Positions 25,706-32,000 of a stretch of DNA of 32,000 bases are shown here, piece by piece. This DNA comes from Phycisphaera mikurensis NBRC 102666. Lineage in GTDB: Bacteria > Planctomycetota > Phycisphaerae > Phycisphaerales > Phycisphaeraceae. Every line of letters starts with the position of its first letter. Positions within the stretch are counted from its first letter, which is position 1. The notes beneath the pieces were generated by a model. It saw only the letters and a program-made list of their open reading frames with translations, was not told the DNA's origin and ran no database searches. Position numbers and translations under genes: made by a program. The stretch spans positions 2,070,001-2,102,000 of the forward strand of contig NC_017080.1 in the NCBI RefSeq assembly GCF_000284115.1. Reading direction: 5' to 3'.

Positions 25706-28093
25706 TCAGCAGCGGTCCACGAGCCGCTGGACGAAGCGGGTGGCACCCGCCGGCAGGCGGGTCCGTCCCTCTGCAGCGAGGCCGCCGCCGAGGGTGACGG
25801 TGGCGGGGCGGTGGATCCACAGAGGACGCGGGAGCGTGAGCTCCCCCTCGATGCGGTCGTCCTGGCGGGTCCAGGCGACGTCGATGGCCTCCCCGGGGTG
25901 CCCGGCCAGCGGGAGGCGGCCGGCGGCCTGGCGGAGCGCCCCGGGCTGCAGCGACCACGACCAGGCTCCGACGCCGTCGGGCCCGGTCAGGGCGTGCCGC
26001 GGGGTGAGGCCCAGGACGGTCCGGCTGAGCCAGGCGACGGGACCGGCGGACCAGACGTGGGCGTGGCTCCAGCGGTCGCTGAAGACCTCCGTGAGCGTGG
26101 TGCGGCCGCCGCCGAGCATCCAGCCCCAGCACCGTTCGACGGCTTCGTGGACGAAGGCTGTGCGGCCGCGGCGGATCAGCTCGGGGAGGACCAGGTCGGC
26201 GAAGAAGGGGGTGACGGCGCCGGCCACCGGCTCGCCGGGATCGCCCAGCCGCGGCGCGTCGGCCTCGGCGGACCAGGGGAAGGCCGATCGCCAGGCGGAC
26301 TCGACGGCGTCGAGGCAGGCGTCGGCCTCGGCGGGGTCGACCTCCCCGGCGGCCAGCGCCAGCCCGACCGCGTGGTACCCGGTGGCGGCCCAACCGCCGC
26401 GGCGGGCGGCCTCGCCGCGGACGGCGGCGGAGAGGGCGCCGGCCTCGGCGGCGAGCCGGCGGGCGTGGCCGCGGTCCGCGAGGGCCAGGTGCCAGGCGGC
26501 GGCGTCGCGGGTGGCCTGCAGCAGCAGCACGTTGAGCGCGAGGCGGTTGGCTTCCTCGTCGATCGGTGCCGCCCAATCGAAGAACGGCCAGCCCTCCGCG
26601 CGGCGGAGGCCGGCGCCGCCCACCGGCTCGAAGGCGGCGAGGGTGGCGCGGGCCGCGGGGGCGAGCTCGCGGAGCAGCGCCCGATCGCCGGTCTGGTCGA
26701 AGAACAGCCACGCGGCGCGCAGCCAGTGCAGCGCGAAGGAGGGCACGTGCAGCTGCGGGCCGGGTCCGAGCCCGGCGACCAGGCCGCTGGCGTCGGCGCC
26801 GGCCGCGGCCTGCACCAGGCCGCGGCGGACCAGCCGCAGGTCGTGGTGGGCGACCGCGGCCACCTTGTTCGAGAGCGCCAGGTCGCCCACCCATGCCCCG
26901 CGCTCCCGCGTCGGGTTGTCCGTGAGCGCGTCCTCGGCGCAGGCGTGCAGCGTCTCGACGCCGGCCGACCAGACGCGGCCCAGCGCCGGCCGGTCGCACG
27001 CGAACGAGCCGGCGGGCTCGCCGAAGAAGCCGCGCTCGTCGATCCGCAGCGTCAGGCCCTCGAGCGCCCCGGCCGGCCCCAGCGCGTGGACCTCCACGTA
27101 CCGCCCGCCGCGTGGCGCCAGCGGGCCGACGGCCTCACCCGAGCCGTCGAGCACGAAGCGGTCGAGGTTGCACGAGAGCCCCAGCGAGTAGGGGATCCAC
27201 GGCAGCACCCGCCCACCGGGCAGCGTCTCGCTGTAGGCCAGCTGCACCTCCACGCCGGCGGCATCGGCCCCGCCCGCCGGCCGCACGCGCGGGAAGAACA
27301 GCCGCACGCGGCCGAGGTCGAATCGCCACCAGCGGCCGCCGCGGTCGGCGGGGGCGGGGTCCAGGTCCCGCAGGTGGAAGCGGGCGGGCGGGTCGTCGGC
27401 GGCGTAGCCGAAGCGGTCGGCGGCGAAGCCCTCGGCGAGAAGGACCGGCTCGACGCGGCCCCGCGGGATGGAGCCCAGACCCGCGGGCACGGGCCGCGGG
27501 GCGTCCGCGGCCATCGGGGTGGGGGTGTCCCAGCCGTCGTCGTCGAAGCCGGACCGCTCCCAGCCGCGGGGGTTCTCGCGCGCGTCGGCCCAGTCGATCC
27601 AGCCCAGCTGCGGGTTCAGCCGCCGCAGCTCCGCCGCGTACCCGGGGAGCCGGAGCAGGCGGACGCGCGGCGCCCCCGCGAGGGCGAGCCCCGCGAGGCG
27701 GACGAAGAAGGCGGCGGGCTCCTCGGCGGCGAGGCGCGTCGGCACCCCGGCGTGCTGGACGCGCAGCGTGAGCACGTGCGGCCCCGCGGCGAGCCCGCGG
27801 AGGCGGGCGGGGTCCGCGGCCACCGCGCCGTCGAAGGCGTCGGGGTCGCAGCGGTGCGGGCCGTCGGCGAGGTGCTCGCCGTCGAGATTCGCCGTGAACG
27901 CGCCGCCGGCCCAGAGCGCCAGCGACGCCTCGCCGCCCTCCGCCGCTCCGGCGAGCTCGAAGCTCACGCGGACCGCGGTGTGCGAGCCCGGCGGCGGCGG
28001 GCCGTCCGCGGCCAGCGAGCCGTAGAACGCCCAGGCGGGCGGAGTCGCGGGCTCGTCGGCGGAGTGTGGGGGCATCGAGGCGGCGGCGGTCAT
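25706..28093 (-). CDS. Glycoside hydrolase, alpha-L-rhamnosidase-like (GH78-like)
   Basis: GFDDDGWDTPTPM sandwich motif; LHACAEDALTDNPTRERGAWVGDLALS parallels the GH78 DxPxREExGWxGD region; C-terminal GGRTTLTEVFSDRWSHAHVWSAGPVAWLSRTVLGLTP. Confidence 0.72.
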   Translation of the reverse strand: MTAAASMPPHSADEPATPPAWAFYGSLAADGPPPPGSHTAVRVSFELAGAAEGGEASLALWAGGAFTANLDGEHLADGPHRCDPDAFDGAVAADPARLRGLAAGPHVLTLRVQHAGVPTRLAAEEPAAFFVRLAGLALAGAPRVRLLRLPGYAAELRRLNPQLGWIDWADARENPRGWERSGFDDDGWDTPTPMAADAPRPVPAGLGSIPRGRVEPVLLAEGFAADRFGYAADDPPARFHLRDLDPAPADRGGRWWRFDLGRVRLFFPRVRPAGGADAAGVEVQLAYSETLPGGRVLPWIPYSLGLSCNLDRFVLDGSGEAVGPLAPRGGRYVEVHALGPAGALEGLTLRIDERGFFGEPAGSFACDRPALGRVWSAGVETLHACAEDALTDNPTRERGAWVGDLALSNKVAAVAHHDLRLVRRGLVQAAAGADASGLVAGLGPGPQLHVPSFALHWLRAAWLFFDQTGDRALLRELAPAARATLAAFEPVGGAGLRRAEGWPFFDWAAPIDEEANRLALNVLLLQATRDAAAWHLALADRGHARRLAAEAGALSAAVRGEAARRGGWAATGYHAVGLALAAGEVDPAEADACLDAVESAWRSAFPWSAEADAPRLGDPGEPVAGAVTPFFADLVLPELIRRGRTAFVHEAVERCWGWMLGGGRTTLTEVFSDRWSHAHVWSAGPVAWLSRTVLGLTPRHALTGPDGVGAWSWSLQPGALRQAAGRLPLAGHPGEAIDVAWTRQDDRIEGELTLPRPLWIHRPATVTLGGGLAAEGRTRLPAGATRFVQRLVDRC

Positions 28094-28968
28094 TCCTTCA
28101 CCGCCCCGGCCGTCATGCCGGCCACGTAGTACCGCATGCCCAGCGCGAACACCGCCAGCAGCGGGAGCGAGCCGACCACGTAGCCGGCAAAGACCGGACC
28201 GTACCGCGTGCCGGTGCTGGCTCCCAGGCGCGTGATGCCGACGGTGAAGACCTGCCGGGACTCGGTGGAGACCGTCACCAGCGGCCAGATGAAGTCGTTG
28301 TACGCCCCCACGAAGGTCAGCATGCCCACGGTGGCGACGATCGGCAGCGACATCGGCAGCGCGATCGACGCGAAGGCCCGCAGCTCGCCGGCGCCGTCGA
28401 GGCGTGCGGCCTCGAACAGCGACGCGGGCAGCTGCTCGAAGAAGCCGCGGCACAGGAACACGCCGAGCACCTGGCTGCCGGTCACCAGCGGCAGCAGCAG
28501 CACCAGCCGCCGGTCGAGCAGGCCCGTTCCGCCAAGCCCCCAGGCATCGTTGCCGCCGACCAGCGGCAGCGACTTGAACCACAGGAACGAGGGCACCAGC
28601 GTGAGCACCGCCGGCACCATCATCAGCGTGAGCAACGCCCCGAAGAGGAAGCGCTTCCCGCCGAAGTCCATCCGCGCGAACACGTACCCGGTCAGCGCCG
28701 AGAGCACCACCGTGGCCGCCACCGAGGCCGCCGCGATGCCGAGGCTGTTGAGCACGTACGGCCACAGCAGCCGCGCGGCCTCGGCGTAGAAGCCCGGCCG
28801 GGCCGCGTCGGGCAGGCTCCAGAACGAGGCGTCCATCTCCGCGTCGGTCTTCTGCGACACCAGCAGCATCACCGCGTACGGCGCCAGCGTGAGCGCGAGC
28901 AGCAGGCCAAGGAGCAGCGGGGCCACCCGGGCGAGCGGGCTGCGGTCGGGGGCGGGCTTCGCGGTCAC
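28090..28968 (-). CDS. ABC sugar transporter permease (MalG/CUT1-type)
   Basis: Six-TM permease with EAA-like loop EQLPASLFEAARLDGAGELRAFASIALPMSLPIVATVGMLTFVGAYNDFIWPLV. ATGA overlap with the downstream GH gene. Confidence 0.9.
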   Translation of the reverse strand: MTAKPAPDRSPLARVAPLLLGLLLALTLAPYAVMLLVSQKTDAEMDASFWSLPDAARPGFYAEAARLLWPYVLNSLGIAAASVAATVVLSALTGYVFARMDFGGKRFLFGALLTLMMVPAVLTLVPSFLWFKSLPLVGGNDAWGLGGTGLLDRRLVLLLPLVTGSQVLGVFLCRGFFEQLPASLFEAARLDGAGELRAFASIALPMSLPIVATVGMLTFVGAYNDFIWPLVTVSTESRQVFTVGITRLGASTGTRYGPVFAGYVVGSLPLLAVFALGMRYYVAGMTAGAVKE

Positions 28969-31445
28969 GGGCGCTCCCGCAGCAGCCGCAGGTTCACCAG
29001 GCTCAGGCCGAGGATCACCACGAACAGCAGCGTCCCGATGGCCGCGGCGTAGCCGAAGTTGCCGAAGCGGAAGGCCTGGTGGTACATCCGCAGCGCGGGG
29101 ATGATCGTGGCGGTGCCCGGGCCGCCGTCGGTCATCAGCAGGATGGCCTGGAAGTCCTGCAGGCTGAGGATGAAGGTCAGCACGACCATGATCCGCGTCT
29201 GCGTCCGCACGAGCGGGAAGTCGACCTTCCACCAGCGCTTCCACAGGCTGCCCGACTCCAGCCGGTACGCCTCGTGAACGCCGGCGGGCAGGTCCATCAG
29301 CCCGGCGAGGTAGATCAGCAGGCCCAGCGCCCCCACCCACGGGGCATTCATGAGGACCAGCGCGGCGAGCGCGGTGTCGGCGTCGCCGAGCCAGTTGGCG
29401 GCCAGCGCGTCCAGGCCGACCGTGCGGAGCGCGACGTTGAGCACGCCGAGGTTCGGGTCGTAGACGAACTTCCACAGCAGGATCACCACGACCGCCGGGA
29501 CGAGCATCGGCAGCAGGAAGGCCGAGCGCAGCGCGTGGGCCACGCGGCGGCGACGCAGCGTGAGCAGCAGCTCGGCGGCGAGGAAGGGCACGACCGTTGC
29601 CTTGAGGATTGCGGTGCCCAGCAGGACCAGCTGGTTCCAGAGCCCGCTCCAGAGGCGCGGATCGTCGAGAGCGCGGCGGAAGTGGTCGACGCCGACGAAG
29701 CTCGCGCTCCCGCCGCCGCGCCAGTCGGTGAAGCCCAGCACCAACCCCAACGCCGCGGGGTACCAGGCGAAGGCGATGAGCAACGCGAAGGTCGGCGTGA
29801 GCAGCGCATACGCGAGCACGGTCGGCCGGCGGCGGCCCGGGCCGGCGCGCCAGGCGTGCCAGGTGCCCAGGCCGGCGAAGCCCAGCAGGCCCAGGCCCAC
29901 CGCCGGCGGGCCGAGGCGGAAGAGCCAGGCGCCGCCGCCGCCGGGCGGCCGCGGAAGGTCCTCGGTCCGCGGGTCCATGTCCAGGTGGTACTGCCGCGCC
30001 ACGCCGTCGATGGCCCGCAGGTTCGAGGCGTGGTACCCGGCGAGGAACGCGTCGAGCGTGGTCCGCCCGGCGAGGAAGTCCTGGGCCCCGCTCCGCCACT
30101 CGAAGACGCCCTCGGGGTCCGCCGAGAGCGAGAGGAAGAGGTCCTTGACGAAGCCGTTCCCCTCGAACGCGTCCAGCTTGTCCCGCAGCGCCGGCGGCAG
30201 CTCCACGCCGTCCACGGCGGGCAGCCCGTTCAGCGGCAGGCCGCGCTCCAGGGCGCTGTCGAAGAGCACCTGCACCCCCGCGGGCGACGTGATGTACCGC
30301 AGGAAGTCGATGACCGCCTCGCGGTGCGCGGCGTCGCCCCGGTCGCTCGCGGAGAGCACGACCGCGGGCCCGCCGACGCCGCGGAACGCGCCGAGCGCCA
30401 GCGGGTCGCCGCGGATCGTCGGCAGCCACGACACGCCCCAGCGGAAGCCGACCGGCCCGGCCGCGCCGCTGGCCCCCGCGTCGGTCTCGCGCCGCGTCAG
30501 GTCCAGCACCTCGCCGGAGAGCATCAGCCCCATCGCCGCTTTCTGCTGCAGGAACAGCCGCGTGGCGTTCTGCCCATCGGTGCCGAGGAAGCCCGGCTGC
30601 GCGAAGGCGAGCAGCTCGCCGAGGCGCCGGTGGATCGACCGGAACCGATCCGACCGCACGTCGATGCGGCCCTCGCGGAAGGCGAGCAGCGCCCGCTCGG
30701 TGTTGATCGGGACCAGCAGGTCCGAGCCGTCCGGGTCGTGGGCCGTGGCCTCCACGTAGTCCCAGTCGCCCGGCTGCGCGGCGACCACCGGCAGCAGGTC
30801 GCGCAGGTACACGTCCATCAGCATCCGGTGGAGCCACGCCACCTGACCCACCCGGAAGCTCTCCGCGTCGCCGCCGATCGCCAGCGGCGTGACGCCGGCG
30901 TCTTGCAGCGTTGCGCAGGCGTCCAGGAAGCCGTCCCAGTCTTCGGGCACGCCGTCGATGCCGTGCGCCGCGAGCAGGTCGCGGTTGAAGACCAGCCCGA
31001 TCTCCACCGCGTCCAACGGAATCTGGTAGACGCGGCCGTTGTAGGCGTAGCGGTCGAGCAGCGCCCGGTCGAAGCCGTCGGCCCATGGCTCGCCGCTGTG
31101 CGGGTTCAACGCGTCCAGCGCCTCGTCGAGGAAGCGGACGCCGCCCTCCTGCACGAGGCCGGAGATGAAGTTGACGTGGAAGAGGTCCGGCACGAGGTCG
31201 CCGCCGGCGGCGAAGCGCGTCCGCAGCCACGTGCCATAGCCCTCGGGGATGAGCGAGAGCTCGATCCGCGTGCCGGGGTTCTCGCGCTCGTAGGCCGCCG
31301 CGAGCTCCTGGAACCCCGGGAAGTAGTTGGGCGTGTTGACCGCGAGCGAGACGGTTTCGGCGGAAGCCGGGCTTGCCCGCGGCAACGCGAGCGTGAGCCC
31401 GACCAGCAGGAAGAGCAGCAGCGAGCCGGAGCGGCGCTCGGCCAT
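28965..31445 (-). CDS. Fused extracellular solute-binding protein and ABC sugar permease (MalE-MalF-like)
   Basis: Single 826-aa frame. N-terminus: signal + LAVNTPNYFPGFQELAAAYERENPGTRIELSLIPEGYGTWLRTRFAAGGDLVPDLFHVNF...AVIDFLRYITSPAGVQVLFDSA. C-terminus: permease TVLAYALLTPTFALLIAFAWYPAALGLVLGFTDWRG...IYLAGLMDLPAGVHEAYRLESGSLWKRWWKVDFPLVRTQ. Confidence 0.88.
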   Translation of the reverse strand: MAERRSGSLLLFLLVGLTLALPRASPASAETVSLAVNTPNYFPGFQELAAAYERENPGTRIELSLIPEGYGTWLRTRFAAGGDLVPDLFHVNFISGLVQEGGVRFLDEALDALNPHSGEPWADGFDRALLDRYAYNGRVYQIPLDAVEIGLVFNRDLLAAHGIDGVPEDWDGFLDACATLQDAGVTPLAIGGDAESFRVGQVAWLHRMLMDVYLRDLLPVVAAQPGDWDYVEATAHDPDGSDLLVPINTERALLAFREGRIDVRSDRFRSIHRRLGELLAFAQPGFLGTDGQNATRLFLQQKAAMGLMLSGEVLDLTRRETDAGASGAAGPVGFRWGVSWLPTIRGDPLALGAFRGVGGPAVVLSASDRGDAAHREAVIDFLRYITSPAGVQVLFDSALERGLPLNGLPAVDGVELPPALRDKLDAFEGNGFVKDLFLSLSADPEGVFEWRSGAQDFLAGRTTLDAFLAGYHASNLRAIDGVARQYHLDMDPRTEDLPRPPGGGGAWLFRLGPPAVGLGLLGFAGLGTWHAWRAGPGRRRPTVLAYALLTPTFALLIAFAWYPAALGLVLGFTDWRGGGSASFVGVDHFRRALDDPRLWSGLWNQLVLLGTAILKATVVPFLAAELLLTLRRRRVAHALRSAFLLPMLVPAVVVILLWKFVYDPNLGVLNVALRTVGLDALAANWLGDADTALAALVLMNAPWVGALGLLIYLAGLMDLPAGVHEAYRLESGSLWKRWWKVDFPLVRTQTRIMVVLTFILSLQDFQAILLMTDGGPGTATIIPALRMYHQAFRFGNFGYAAAIGTLLFVVILGLSLVNLRLLRERP

Positions 31446-32000
31446 CACGCGTCCCGGAGCCGGCGGACGGAAAGCACCGGCCGGGCCCTGAGGCCGACCG
31501 GCACGAACTGGTACCGCTCGACGTCCAGCGGGCCGCCGGGGTCGTAGCACTCCGGGCCGGTCCACTCCGGCCAGAGGTCGCGGTGGTGCAGCGGGCCCAG
31601 GCAGTTGCGCCGGTGACCGAGCAGCTCGACCTCTAAGCCAACGTCGCCGCTTCTTCCGCTCAGCGCCTCGGTCAGGTCCGCTTCGAAGGGCGGCCAAGCG
31701 ACGAGCGCATCCACACCGCCCACCCGCACGCGCGCGGCCACCGCGTCGAAGCCGGGCAGCGAGAGCACGAGCCGGTCGCCGGGGCGGTGCTCCGGCACCT
31801 CCACCGTCAACGCGTGGGTCAGGTTCCCGCCGTACATCGGCAGGCCCTGGCCGTTCCAGTCGCCGAGCGCGACGGCCGTCGGCTCCGCCGTCATCACCAT
31901 GTCGAGCCCGTCGACGCGGGCGCCGAAGCCGCCGAGCAGGTACACCGCCTCGAGCCCGGGGTGCAGCTCGTCGACGCGGCCGCGGACCGTGAGCGTGTGG
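31445..32000 (-). CDS. C-terminal part of a probable glycoside hydrolase (N-terminus beyond window)
   Basis: HTLTVRGRVDELHPGLEAVYLLGGFGARVDGLDMVM...GDWNGQGLPMYGGNLTHALTVEVPEHRPGDRLVLSLPGFDAVAARVRVGGVDALVAWPPFEADLTEAL...; beta-sandwich accessory region seen at the C-terminus of some polysaccharide-degrading GHs; adjacent to the transporter genes. Confidence 0.5.
   Translation of the reverse strand, partial: HTLTVRGRVDELHPGLEAVYLLGGFGARVDGLDMVMTAEPTAVALGDWNGQGLPMYGGNLTHALTVEVPEHRPGDRLVLSLPGFDAVAARVRVGGVDALVAWPPFEADLTEALSGRSGDVGLEVELLGHRRNCLGPLHHRDLWPEWTGPECYDPGGPLDVERYQFVPVGLRARPVLSVRRLRDA

Noticed and set aside
28090-31230. 1046-aa minus ORF apparently containing the permease at its C-terminus
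   Set aside because: Upstream of the GTG at 28968 the translation is Arg/Ala/Gly shadow of the SBP-permease fusion frame; only 28090-28968 is supported.

Overview
This is a high-GC window whose gene content resembles a planctomycete (Phycisphaerae-like) chromosome; that lineage call is inference only. Host genes are: truncated arginine N-succinyltransferase (astA-like) + M20 peptidase, motA/motB, a secreted GH16 hydrolase, serine O-acetyltransferase, a HupE/UreJ + TPR pair divergent from a DUF4331-like secreted protein, tRNA-Val(GAC), a tandem HD-GYP protein, tRNA-Glu(CTC), a large membrane protein + ABC ATPase, a Dps-like protein, a GSII-type glutamine synthetase, and a glycoside hydrolase/ABC sugar transporter cluster containing a solute-binding-protein/permease fusion. 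The main accessory feature is a compact integrative element of about 7.84 kb inserted in the 3' end of tRNA-Glu(CTC). It is bounded by a perfect 26-bp direct repeat (11991-12016 and 19833-19858: GTTCGACTCCCCTAGGGGGTAAGGGT). All of its supportable genes are on the minus strand: tyrosine recombinase, small ORF, zinc-finger/TOPRIM/DUF3987 protein, two tandem HTH excisionase-like proteins, two unknown ORFs, a membrane-anchored or secreted thermonuclease-like protein, and two small ORFs. The most unusual observation is that the attachment core lies inside the integrase reading frame. In the integrated state the integrase frame runs into the tRNA antisense strand and ends GVE-PLFSP*. Recombination between the two repeats would keep the frame and replace PLFSP with a 69-aa tail (QSALEPREAG...RAGGEA*). 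That tail has no ATG/GTG start covering its full length in the integrated state, and its stop overlaps the GTG start of the next gene. This predicts an excision-dependent integrase C-terminal switch and operon closure. A 150-bp imperfect palindrome at 4781-4934 abutting the serine acetyltransferase stop is also notable.
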